Shown here in pieces: positions 36,613 through 48,579 of a stretch of 64,000 bases of DNA (position 1 is its first letter; each line of letters begins with the position of its first letter). Source of the DNA: Squalus acanthias (taxonomy: Eukaryota); NCBI GenBank assembly GCA_030390025.1, contig CM059433.1, positions 31,746,001-31,810,000 on the forward strand. Reading direction: 5' to 3'. Both the position numbers and the translations under genes were made by a program. The notes beneath the pieces were generated by a model. That model searched no databases. It was given only the letters and a program-made list of their open reading frames with translations, and was not told the origin of the DNA.

Positions 36613-37699
36613 GTCATTGAAACTGCCAAAGTAAGCACTGACCTCTTCATTTTCTTTTACATTTCTCTTAGGATGACATCTTGGAACAACTCAGAACTCA
36701 AGAAACCTGCATTTCAATCTTGAAATTCTCCAAACCACAACATCCATAAAAATGTATCCATCTTTCCAGGCATATTTATTTGGAACCTGAAATGCGTGCA
36801 GAGGCTGAGAATAAGAACCTGTCGGTCAGCCTTCCAGCCCAAATTTAGTGGGTCAGTTTGACTGAGAAGAGTCCTACAGCAACGCAGATACAAGGATAAT
36901 TTTTTTTTAAACTAATTTTATATGTCTTTGTAAAGCTTGAAGCTGATGCCTATTGTGAAGCAGTGGGATCACGCAAGGTTCTAATCTACACCTGGCACAC
37001 TTTGATCACAGCGTCAAGAAAGCAGCAGGCTGCTATAATGGCAGAATCTACAAGGGGAATAAAAAAAGTAATACAGGAATCATCTGCAGGCAGAAACCAT
37101 CGGAACCTACCATCTGTGAAGTATTAGATTTACTGGAAATGAATTAGTGGAGAATTAGGAAACAATGAAAGACTCCAGCATCCCACACACATTCTGCACC
37201 ACAGTTAATAGTTTCACACTATGGCAGAGGGTGGGAGTGAGGCATTAACAAGCTGCTCTCCTTTCAGTTTTCATTCCTTTGGCATGCAATAAAAGTGTTT
37301 TCCTCATTCTTCGCTATTGTTAGTTTACACTTTCTTTGTGAACAAGATTTAAATTTTATGTAACACATTGCCCATCTCTTATTTTCTGCTTATACCATCA
37401 CACAACTGGTCTCCACACTCTCCAATCGGAATGGCAACTATTCAAAAGGGAGCTGGATGAAGTCCTAACTGCGACTAACATCACAGTGTACCAAAGGTAG
37501 ATAGGATATCGCGAAGTGTGCCTGCCTGTCACTGTGATCTTTTGGAACATTTTTGATCACCTTTGGGGGTTGGAGAGGAATTTCTCAGACCCCCCCCCCC
37601 CACCAAACTGTCCTATTTCCTTTTTCCACCTCTTCCAGGAGACCGCAGGGCTGGCTGGTGGTGTTGGTGGGGTGGGGTGGGGTGGGCGAGGAAATGTAT

Positions 37700-38012
37700 T
37701 TTTTATTCGTTCCTGGGATGTAGGCGGCGCTGGCAAGGCCAGCATTTGTTGCCCATCCCTAGTTGTCTTTGAAAAGGTGGTGGTGAGCCGCCTTCTTGAA
37801 CCGCTGCAGTCCACGTGGTGAAGGTACTCCCATAGTGCTGTTAGGGAGGGAGTTCCAGGATTTTGACTCAGCGACTATGAAGAATCGGCGATATATTCCC
37901 AAGTCAGGATGGTGTGTGACTTGGAGGGGAACATGGAGGTGATGGTGTTCCCCATCCACGACATTAAACATTCACACCCTCCGCCACCGGCGCACCTTGG
38001 CTGCAGTGTGTA
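37700..38012 (-). mobile_element. CR1-like LINE 3' end with an inverted 5' segment
   Basis: 37700-37953 is the reverse complement of about 40487-40735, whereas 37952-38012 matches about 40328-40388 in direct orientation. Confidence 0.7.
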
Positions 38013-38205
38013 CTGTGGTCCATGATGTGCTTAAATTCCACCATGACAGTGTGGGACAGGCTCGATGGACCAGCTGGTCTTCTCCTGTCCACTGTTTTCA
38101 TATGTTCGAAGTGTGATTTCAACCCATGAGATTTAGATCATATCAAAAATCTTCTCAATGCACTTTTCCTGAGAATTAGATGACAAAGAAAATACTGTTT
38201 ACAAT

Positions 38206-39456
38206 GGGCCGGATATTCCGATCCCTACGGGTGTGTACGGGCTGTGTACGCACCCATAGGGACATCGGAAATGCCGGTTTCAGGCATGCGAAGCGCATGC
38301 GCTGAAAACCGGCATTTCCGATCTGTCAAGAATGCTCTTGACAGATCGGACGCCTGCCCTGGAGAAGGGCCTCCGAGGGCAGAGAGTTCCGATTTCTGGA
38401 GAACCTCCGCCCGCAGAAAACCCTAAGATATTAGCGCCTGGCGCTAATTATCGGCACTGACGGGAAACTTCACTTTTACCGCCCCGGGAGGTGAGTGGAG
38501 CGCTAAAGCAGGCGCTGCACACCTCTCTTAAGGCGCAAAGGCCGAGCAGTGAGGCGCTAACTCGGAGCGCTGGCGAAGCTCATGTAATGTCAGTCAGCAA
38601 TGGAACACACACACAATGGCACGGGCCAGTTCTTAAAGGGGATGGTTAATCTTGCTTTCCATCCACATCCTGTTCATTGCTGCCTTGAATCTCGGCCTGG
38701 AGAGACTTGCACATCAAATGTACTGGAAAGAACAATGGAGAGCACCAGGCAAAGAGCTCAGAGTGCAGCTCCCACGGTCTCTGCTAAATCGATACAAGGA
38801 ATGGCAAATCAAAATGAACCTGCAAAGTGCTGCTCAGTACCAAAAACTCCTTCACACAACGTTGAATCTCTCCAGAAGTCTCTCCCTCTCTCTCTCAGAA
38901 TGCGTTGTTCAAAAATGCCACCAACAATTCTTACGCCTGGTAAAAGCAGGCATAAGGCTTGCTTTTACCAGGATAAGAGTTGAAAAAAGTAAAATAAAAT
39001 AAAAAAATTCACTCATTTATCATTTAAAAATACTTTTAAAAGAGTTAAGTTTATTTTTGGCCCCGTAAAAAACTTTAATTATTTTTTTCAAAAAATTACA
39101 TTTTTGTTTAAAATATTTAATTTATTGTAATCTCAACTAATTTTAAAAAGGTGATGATTTTTTAAAAATGTATTTAAAGTTTGACTGTGTTTTTGGGGTG
39201 ATCTCCATTCATATATTTGACAGGTCTATCTGTCAAGTGTATGAAGGGAGATTCCCTTCTTCTATTGGATCCCCATGGCTCACGTAATCCCAGGGACGCT
39301 TGCGAACCACATGCGCCCCTGGGATGCATGGTCCCTGCGCACTTGGAGTTGGAGAGGCCCAGGATCGGAACTATACGCACCTCAGGTAAGTGCGTAGATT
39401 TTTTCCAGATCGGAGGCCTCTGCATGCGAGAAGCCTCCGATCGGAAAATACGGCCC
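38206..39456 (+). mobile_element. MITE family B carrying an internal piece of family A (about 38428-38926)
   Basis: TIR GGGCCGGATATTCCGATC...GATCGGAAAATACGGCCC; colinear with 58132-58838 except for the ~500-bp insert. Confidence 0.85.
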
Positions 39457-40067
39457 ATTATCATCATCAGTAATTGTACATAAACTTAAATCAGGTTTCC
39501 TGCAAATCTATAATTGACACCCACCATTGATTAGAAATAAATTTAAAGGCTCTGATTTTCCTGGATATATAATGACATCTGATATTAACTTAATCAGCAT
39601 TCTTCAAGTTGAACATAAAAACAAAATGCCTAATAGCATTCAAAGCTGCGTATGCAAACAAGAAATTTAATTTCCTCTGCTGTTTGTAATGGCAAAATAC
39701 ATTATTGAGTAACTTTGAGCCAACAATAGCAATTGTAATTAAGTATTGTGAAACCTTACAGACCTCTCATCAACTGAGTGCATCATCAGATCTCACTTTA
39801 TTAAGATCAATAACCATATCCATAAATATCACACATCATTAGCAAATTCTTATAATGTTTTTTTTTATTTTGGCTCTAACTCTGCCACAGCAAAGTCACC
39901 TATCTCCACAGTTGAGAGTTAGCTAGGATTCAGTTTGATTCTCTTCACTCTTCCCCAGCATCTCTTGCTGAACATATTGTGTCTGCTCAATGGGCTGGGG
40001 ATGGCTAAGGGATTGGAACATTCCGCAGATTAGCTCTGTTGATGAAATTTAATTGCATAACCCCCAC

Positions 40068-40735
40068 CATCAACATCCCGGGGGTCACCACTGATCAGAA
40101 ACTTAACTGGACCAGCCACATAAACACTGTGGCTAAAAGAGCAGGTCAGAGGCTGGATATTCTGCGGAGATTGACTCACCTCCTGACTCCCCAAAGCCTT
40201 TCCATCATCTACAAAGCACAAGTCAGGAGTGTGATGGAATACTCTCCACTTGCCTGGATGAATGCAGCTCCAACACTGAAGAAGCTCGACACCATCCAGG
40301 ACAAAGCAACCCACTAGATTAGCAGCCCATCCACCACCTTAAACATTCACTCCCTCCACCACCGGCGCACTGTGTCTGCTGTGCGTACCATCTACAAGTT
40401 GCACTGCAGCAACGCGTCAAGGCTTCTTCGGCAGCACTTCCCAAACTCACAACCTCTATCACCTAGAAGGACAAGGGCAGCAGGCGCATGAGAACACCAC
40501 CACCTGCAAGTTCCCCTCCAAGTCACAAACCATCCTGACTTGGAAATATATCGCCGTTCCTTCATCATCGCTGGATCAACATCCTGGAACTCCCTCTCTA
40601 ACAGCACTGTAGGAGTATCTTCACCTCACGGACTGCAGCAGTTCAAGAAGGCGGCTCACCACCACCTTCTCAAGGGCAATTAGGAATGGGCAATAAATGC
40701 TGGTATTGCCAGCGACACCACATCCCAAGAATATA
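40068..40735 (+). mobile_element. 3' fragment of a second CR1-like LINE family
   Basis: GVTTDQKLNWTSHI...IYKAQVRSVMEYSPLAW peptide; tail gggcaataaatgctgg. Confidence 0.85.
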
Positions 40736-41114
40736 TATTTTTTTAATACTTAAATAGTTGATGCCTCCACATCACGAAACATAGAAATAAATAGAATATT
40801 GAATTCTATTCAAAAAAAGCACACACATAGGCTTTTTGTTTACAATTTAGAAATCTCCAGATAGCTCATTTAAAAAATGGATTCTGGTCCAAAAACCTGC
40901 ATGATGGAACCCCGACTGTTTAGGAGTCCATCATGTGGCCTACTTACCTTAATTTGGAAAAAAACTGCACAAAATCCTCTAGTAAAACTCGAAGTTGTTG
41001 GCTGTAGCAGAACAACAGTCAAGTGATTTCACTCTTCTTTTGTTAACAAATGTTTCACCTGCAAGGGATTCTGGACTTGGACTTGTTTGGGATGGCACAC
41101 TGCGATGTTCCTCC

Positions 41115-41505
41115 TTGAGGAAGTTAAGTGGAAATTTAATAGAGGTGTTCAAAATAATGAGGGGTTTTGATAGAGTAGATCGGGAGAAACTGTTTTCATT
41201 GGCAGGAGGCTCGGTAACCAGAGGACACAGATTTAAGATAATTGGCAAAAAAGCCAGGGGTGAGATGAGGATCAGTTTTTTTACTCAACGTGTTGTTCTG
41301 ATCTAGAATGCACTGACTAAAAGGGTGCTTGTAGCAGATTCAATAGTAACTTTCAAAAGGGAATTGGATACCTCATTAAAAAGGAAAAATTTGCAGGGCT
41401 ATGGGGAGGACCAGGGGTATGGGAATAATTGGTAGCTCTTTCAGAGAGCCGGCACAGGCACGATGGGCCAAATGGCCTCCTTCTGTGCTGTGTGATTCTA
41501 TGATG
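41115..41505 (+). mobile_element. CR1-type 3' fragment
   Basis: GNLIEVFKIMRGFDRVD...TRGHRFKI...FFTQRVV; ttctatga tail. Confidence 0.8.
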
Positions 41506-41754
41506 ACTTAGAATATCACTGATCTGTCCTGTACATTAAAACCTGCAGTGATGCATTAGGACTGGCAATGAGATTAATCTTTTGGTGATAATAAATTTGC
41601 AACATTAAGCAAAGCCAAAACAGTGTTACTTAGTTAATGGATCAAAACTCTACTAAAGCAAATTCTCCTTCCAGAAAGCATTGAGTTTACTATTTAATAC
41701 TGTTGTTACCAATGTCAAGAGGTCTCCATTGACAATTCATTACTCTTTATTCCG

Positions 41755-42115
41755 ATGCTCTCCTGGCCGGCCTCCTACCTACCACCCTCCGTAAACTTGA
41801 GCTCATCCAAAACTCTCCGATCTCACACCAAGTCCAGCCTATCCATCAACCCTATGCTCGTTGACCTACATTGACTCCCGGTCTGGCAATGACTCAACTT
41901 TAAAATTCTCATTCTTGTTTTCGAATCCCTCCATCGCCTCACCCTTCCCTATCTCTGTAACTTCCTCCAGCCCTACAACCCTCCAAGATCTCTGCGCTCC
42001 TCCAACTCTGGCCACTTGCACATCACTGATTTCCTTCGCTCCACCTTTGGCGGCTGTGCTTTCAGTCATCTAGGCCCTAACCTCTGCAATTACCTCCCTA
42101 AACCTCTCTGACACT
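41755..42115 (+). mobile_element. L2-type fragment
   Basis: Matches 28790-28900 and 29148-29320. Confidence 0.75.
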
Positions 42116-42361
42116 CTACCGGCTGGATTGTATCAACCTCGGCGGGTCCGTGGTGGGCGACATCGGTGGCCGGTCGCGACCTCACTGCTGGCTCCAGCCT
42201 GCTCTGTAGAATGATTTTACCGTGATTGGGCTTGTTAAGCCCACCCAGCGCATTTGCCGGCCAATTGAAGGAAGCAGGTCTGATGACGTCACTTAATGAT
42301 GCGTCATCAGCCAGTTTCCTTAAAGGGACCATGCACAAATTGATTTTGACATTTGTGCTGT

Positions 42362-42609
42362 TGTGGCGGATCGCCACCTAAACGGGCATTATCCACTTTT
42401 CCGTCCGTGGACAATATATCGGGCACCTTGCCTTTAAGGCACCTTGCCTTTAAGGCAAGAGAAAACGAGTGGGCGGGGCCTCAGGATTTTTCCAGAGAAT
42501 TCTGGGAGCAGTTGGTTTCAGCCTTTTTGAACCAGGCAGTTTTATTAAAAAGCCTTTGTTTTCCGCACATGGATTCAGTCTTAATTCGTGTTTCGCGGCA
42601 GCCACAACA
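42362..42609 (+). repeat. Gypsy 5' LTR
   Basis: TGTGGC...GCCACAACA; about 10 substitutions versus the 3' LTR by manual count. Confidence 0.95.
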
Positions 42610-42610
42610 T

Positions 42611-42625
42611 TGGTGACCCCGACGC
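42611..42625 (+). promoter_or_regulatory. Primer binding site, probably tRNA-Trp
   Basis: TGGTGACCCCGACG is complementary to the 3' end of vertebrate tRNA-Trp (...GUCGGGGUCACCA). Confidence 0.85.
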
Positions 42626-42649
42626 TCAGAACGTATTCCGAGCACTGCA

Positions 42650-45600
42650 ATGGCGGACACGAACGCAGCTTCCATGAAACTGCCGGAGTTTTGGGAAAAC
42701 CAGCCCGAAGCCTGGTTTCTCCAAGCTGAATCCCGCTTCCAGCTGCGAAACATCACCACAGATGGGACGTAGTATGACTACCTCATCACATCACTCGGTA
42801 GCTCCACAGTTTCGAAGGTTTGGACAGCACTGCAGAACCCACCAGAGGAAGGCAAGAATGCACATCTTAAGGCAGCGCTCCTTAAAAAATTTACGGCCTC
42901 GGCATGCCAGCGAAACTGCCACCTCCTCGACCTTCCAGGCCTCGGTGATGCCTCACCGCAAGACCTCCTCTCCCACATGCTCTCCCTCACCGACAAGAGC
43001 CCACCCGGATCCCTCTTCCACACGCTGTTCATTCGCCAGCTACCTCTCAGCATCCGCCCAGCGATCGTGGCGTCCAGCCTCACGAACCTGGAAGCCCTGG
43101 CCGATGAGGCCGACAAACAGCTGTCCGCTCACTCCAGCCGCGACGTCACTCCGGACCTGGCAGCCAATGCCTGGGCGCGCCCTTCACCGGCCACCATGCG
43201 GCCACAAGGATCAGCCACAAGGCCCACGGGGCCTTCGCGCCCCTCTAACCCGGGCCACTGTTACTACCACGCACGGTTCGGCGCCAGGGCACAACGATGC
43301 ACACCTCCCTGCTTTTTCAAGTCCGCCCCCGTACCAGCCACTGCGATGGCCGTGGGCCACGCGGGCTCCCTGCTGTACGTCACGGATGACAAAACCGGCC
43401 GCCAGTTCCTGTGCGACACTGGAGCTCAGCACAGCATCATCCCGGCCTCCTCCCTCGACATCCAAAAGGGCGACCGAGGACTGGCGCTGGCTGCTGCTAA
43501 CGGCTCGGAAATCTGGACGTACGGCACCCGGACAGTCACCCTCGACCTCGCTGGTCGCCGCTACCGATGGGAGTTCATCACTGCCAAGGTGCTCTCCCCT
43601 CTCATCGGCGCAGATTTCCTGTGCGCCCACGGCCTACTGGTAGACATCCCTCGTCACCGCCTCATGGACATGAACACCATGTCCCCCATCCTGGGTGCCA
43701 TGGCCCCCCGTCAACCCGCCGACATGGCGTCACAGTGCCACGCCCGGGCCACGGATGACTACTCGGCACTCCTGGCCGAATTCCCGGCCCTTACCAATCC
43801 AACCTTCTCCGCGGAGGCCGCCAAACACGGGGTGGAACACTTCATCCCAACCACAGGCCCCCCAGTGTACGCCCACGCCTGCAGGCTGGACCCGGCCAAA
43901 CTGGAGATCGCGCGGACCGAGTTTGCCACCATGGAACAGCACGGCATCATCCGCCGCTCCAACAGTCCCTGGGCCTCCCCACTCCACATTGCCCCCAAAC
44001 CAGGAGGGGGTTGGCGCGCCTGCGGGGATTACCGCCACCTCAACGACGCCACCACCCCTGATCGGTACCCCGTGCCGCACATTCAGGACTTCTCGGCTAG
44101 ACTGGCCGGCCGCTCAGTATTTTCCAAGGTCGACCTGGTGCGCGGCTACCACCAAGTCCCCGTCCACCCCGCGGACATCCCCAAGACGGCCGTAATCACC
44201 CCCTTCGGCCTGTTCGAGTTCTTGTGGATGCCCTTCGGCCTCAGAAACGCGGCCCAGGCATTCCAACGGCTCATGGACTCGGTCCTTTGGGACCTTAAGT
44301 TCCTGTTCGCCTACCTGGACGACATCCTGGTAGCCAGTTCCTCCAAGCAGGAACACCTCGAACACCTTCGCATCCTGTTCGGGCGCCTCAGCGATCACGG
44401 GCTCATCCTCAGCCCAGCCAAATGCCAGTTCGGCCTGGACAAGATCGACTTCCTCGGCCACCACATCACCCATGCTGGGGCCATTCCCCTGCCCACCAAG
44501 GTGCAGGCCGTCCAACAATTTCCCCGCCCCACCACCATCAAAGGCCTCCAGGAGTTCCTCGGGATGGTGAATTTCTACAACCGCTTCATCCCCAAAGCGG
44601 TGTCCCTCATGAGGCCCCTGTATGAAGTCCTCCGGGGCAGGAGCGGCAAGATGGCGGTCGAATGGACGGCAGACGCGTCCGCCGCCATCGACTCCACCAA
44701 GATCGCGCTCGCCAACGCCACCCTGCTCGCGCACCCACGGCCCAATGCCAGGGTAGCGCTCACCACGGACGCCTCCGACCATGCGGTCGGCGCCGTGCAT
44801 GAGCAGTGGGTCCACGGCGCCTGGCAACCACTTGCCTTCTTCAGCCGCCAACTACGCCCCCCTGGAGGTCAAGTACAGCACCTTCGATCGCGAGCTCCTC
44901 ACGCTGTTCCTGGCGGTCCGCCATTTTCGGTTTTTGCTGGAGGGCCACCCCTTCACTGCGTTTGTCGACCACAAGCCCCTGACATTCGCAATGGCAAAGA
45001 CAACCGACCCCTGGTCCGCCAGGCAGCAGCGCCAGCTCGCGGCAGTGTCCGAGTTCACCACTGACATCCAACACGTCTCCGGCCGAGACAATGTGGTAGC
45101 CGACTGCCTCTCCCGCCCCGCCATCCACGCCGCACACCTGGCAGTCGACTACGCTCAACTCACAGCAGACCAGATCACCGACCCGGATCTGCTCTCCGCA
45201 CCTACCAACCTACCAGGGCTACGCCTGGCCGACGTCGCCTGTGGCCCGACCGCAGTCACGGTCAAGTGCGACATATTGCTATGTCAACCTCGGCCCGTCG
45301 TCCCAGCGTCCTGGCGCCGCCGGGTATTCGAGATTCTCCACAACCTCTTCCACCCCGGCGCCCGCGCATCCATCAAATTGGTAGCCAACCGCTTTGTCTG
45401 GCGTGGCCTTCGCAAGGATGTGCGTACTTGGGCCAACTCCTGCCTAGCCTGCCAACGGGCCAAGGTACAGCAACACACGAAAGCACCCCTCGAGGAGTTT
45501 ACCGTCCCCTCGCGGAGATTCGACCACATCCACGTGGACATCATCGGGCCCCTGCCACCGTAGCAAGGCCACACGCACTTGCTGACGATCGTTGACCGCA

Positions 45601-46463
45601 CCACGCACTGGCCCGAGGCAATTCCACTGACCTCTACCACCACCGCCGACATCGCCAGAGCCTTCGTCAGCACCTGGGTCGCACGGTGCGGCGTCCCCTC
45701 CGACATGACGTCGGACAGAGGTCCGCAATTTACCTCTGAACTCTGGACCGCCGTCGCACTCAATCTCGGGGTGACCATTCACCGCATCACAGCGTACCAC
45801 CCCCAAGCCAACGGACTGTGTGAGCGGTTCCACAGATCGTTGAAGGCATCTCTTCGAGCCAGCCTCCAGCACGGCACCTGGACCGACCGACTTCCGTGGG
45901 TCCTCCTCGGCCTGCACACCGCGGTTAAAGAAGACCTCCACGCATCGGCAGCAGAGCTCGTGTACGGTCAGCCACTGCGCGTACCCGGCAAGTTCCTGCC
46001 CACCGCCACGACACCCTGGTCAGCCGACCAGCAACGCCACGACTTCGCCTCACCGGCGCTGCAGTTCGCCCGGGTGCCCATTGCCCGACATGGCGAATCC
46101 ACCTCACACGTCCCACTAAGCCTGCACCAGGCACGGTTCGTTTTCGTCCGGCACGACGCCCACCGCGGACCCCTTCAACCCCTGTACGACGGGCCCTACA
46201 AGGTGCTACAGGCTGGGGACAAATTTTTCACCCTGCAAGTGGGCGACAGGACCGAAAAAGTGTCGGTTGACCGACTCAAGCCAGCACACTCGGAGCCCGG
46301 TGAGCAGGTCCCTGTAGCTCGTCCACCTCCACGCGGCCGACCTGCCCTCAAGCCGGTTCACCCGGCTGCTCCACGCCCGGCCGTTCCACGTCCACCGGCG
46401 CCGTACAAGAGCTGCTCCGGCCGGCCCATCAGACCACCGCACCGTCTCGTCCACACCTCCTAA
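42650..46463 (+). pseudogene. Gypsy single-frame gag-pol, disrupted by TAG at 42770, a frameshift in a C-run near 44860 and TAG at 45561
   Basis: Gag KLPEFWENQPEAWF; CYYHARFG..A..C..PC; protease FLCDTGA; RT SPWASP, YLDD; RNase H TDASD; integrase HHCC, SDRGPQF, YHPQANGLCER, GPY. Confidence 0.93.
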
Positions 46464-46483
46464 GCGGATTTTGGGGGGAGCTG

Positions 46484-46731
46484 TGTGGCGAATCGCCACC
46501 TAAACTGGCATTATCCACTTTTCCGTCCGTGGACAATATATCGGGCACCTTGCCTTTAAGGCACCTTGCCTTTAAGGCAGGAGAAAAGGAGTGGGCGGGG
46601 CCTCAGGAATTTTCCAGAGAATTCTGGGAGCAGTTGGTTTCAGTCTTTTTGGGCCAGGCAGTTGTATTAAAAAGCCTTTGTTTTCCACACATGGATTCAG
46701 TCTTAATTCGTGTTTCGCGGCAGCCACAACA
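46484..46731 (+). repeat. Gypsy 3' LTR, preceded by the PPT GGGGGGAG at about 46473-46480
   Basis: Direct repeat of 42362-42609. Confidence 0.95.
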
Positions 46732-46784
46732 CTGTCAGTGTTCTATAGCATTGAGGTGCTGCAAACACTGACAATCACTGCACA

Positions 46785-47000
46785 GAGGTGCACGGCTAAA
46801 CCCAGGCTCTCCCATGACTCTCTCCATATGCTTATGGAGGGAGTCAAAGCATACAGGGTGGTTTGCTTCCTTTGCAATGGGCAGAAGTGACCTCCCCAGC
46901 CTGGTTGCACATTACACAGGAAGACACAAGCAGGGATGTCTTCAGGAGGACCAGACTGCAGTGGCACAAGCCTTTCAATGATCTCAGTAGATCACGAAAC
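46785..47000 (+). pseudogene. Harbinger Myb/SANT-like DNA-binding protein remnant
   Basis: KPRLSHDSLHMLMEGV...AWLHITQE.TSR...RRTRLQWHKPFNDL resembles the APRFS...W...R...QCRKRFNDL trihelix motif. Confidence 0.7.
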
Positions 47001-47065
47001 ATTACTGCAAAGCCACACTCAACCTCATCCTGCTGTGCCACTCATCACATCCCCATCACTCTGCC

Positions 47066-48156
47066 AAACAGTAGCAGTATGTTTGTGTCTGTGTGCCAGG
47101 CCGTTGTAGCAGAGCCTGGTCTCCAATCATCTTGGATCCCCTTGCCACTAGACCAAGACCTGGCTCTGTCAAGCCCGTGTGGTAGCTGGTGTGCAACGGC
47201 CACCCCACGTTAAAAGAATTCACGCACAGGCATCTTCCACCCTTTAAAATGAAGTTCGGTACCTGGAACGTCAGGACCCTCATGGACAACCCCAACAGCA
47301 ACAGACCGGAACGCCGTACTGCTATCGTTGCCCGGGAGCTCAGACGTTTTGACATTGACATCGCCGCCCTAAGTGAGACCCGGCGGGCAGGGGAAGGCCA
47401 GCTCAAGGAGCAAGGCGGTGGCTACACCTTCTTCTGGAAAGGCAAACCTGAAGAAGAACGCCGCCTCCATGGGGTAGGCTTCACCATAAAAAATGAACTA
47501 GTTGGGCGTCTCAGAGACTCTCCTAGCGGTATAAACGAGCGCCTCATGACTCTTCAGCTCACCCTAGCCCGGAACCAGTGCGCTACGGTCATCAGTGCGT
47601 AAGCCCCAACACTGGAAGCCACAAACGAGAGCAAAGAGGAATTCTACTCCAGCCTCGAACAATCCCTGTCCCGAGTCCCAACGAGTGACAAGCTGATCCT
47701 CCTTGGTGACTTTAACGCCAGAGTTGGAAAGGACACAGACCTCTGGGGAGGTGTGATCGGCAGAGAGAGAGTAGGGAAAGCGAACTCCAACGGTACTCTC
47801 CTCCTAACGAAATGCTTAGAACATGGCCTTGTCATAACCAACACCTTGTTCCGTCAGAGAGACAAATACAAGGCTTCATGGCAGCACCCTCGCTCCAAGC
47901 ACTGGCATCTGCTGGACTACGTCATCGTCCGAGTGAGGGACTGCAAGGACGTCCGCATCACCCGCGCCATGACAGGAGCTGACGACTGCTGGACAGACCA
48001 CCGCCTAATCCGCTCTATCATCTCCATCAATGTAGCCCCAAAACAGCGGCGGCAACAGAAACAATGCAGCAGGAAAATCAACGCTGGAGCACTCAAAAAC
48101 CCCGCTAAGAAAATGTTTAAGTCATCCTCGGTTCCGAGGGACTGCCTTATAAGAAG
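47066..48156 (+). mobile_element. Internally deleted RTE-clade LINE (5' UTR + endonuclease + 3' tail, no RT) with 11-bp TSD ATCACTCTGCC
   Basis: MKFGTWNVRTL...ALSETR...LGDFNARVG...HPRSKHWHLLDY...WTDH; jumps at about 48110 to aagtcatcctcg...gagggactgcct-(aag)n; TSD at 47055-47065 and 48157-48167. Confidence 0.88.
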
Positions 48157-48579
48157 ATCACTCTGCCTTCCCTACCCTACTCCTGCACATCCTTACTCAC
48201 ACCAACTTACCTTGCACATCCACCCATCCCTCTCTATCTGCATTATCACTTCAACATCTCAGATGCCACTGCTTGGAGCGAGGGTGCTGCCATGAAGCAA
48301 CACGGTGGCATAGTGGTTAGCACTGGTGCCTCACAGCGCCAGGGACCCGGGTTTGAATCTGACCTCGGGTGACTGTCTGTGTGGAGTTTGCACATTCTCC
48401 CCGTGTCTGCGTGGGTTTCCTCCGGGTGCTCCGGTTTCCTCCCACAGTCCAAAAATGTGCGGGTTAGGCTGATTTGGCTATGATAAATTGACCCTTAGTG
48501 TTAGGGGGGATTAAATATGTGGGGATAGGATGGGATATGTTAGGGGGAATTAAATACGTGGGGTTACGGGGGTAGGGTG

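Larger units (their letters stand above)
42362..46731 (+). mobile_element. Full-length Ty3/Gypsy LTR retrotransposon with 4-bp TSD CTGT
   Basis: Two 248-bp TG...CA LTRs, PBS, PPT, PR-RT-RH-IN order; ctgt at 42358-42361 and 46732-46735. Confidence 0.96.

Noticed and set aside
42762..46499. Many long alternative-frame and antisense ORFs (e.g. 42762..43643, 44114..44851)
   Set aside because: Shadow ORFs from the high GC content of the Gypsy interior; no independent domain motifs
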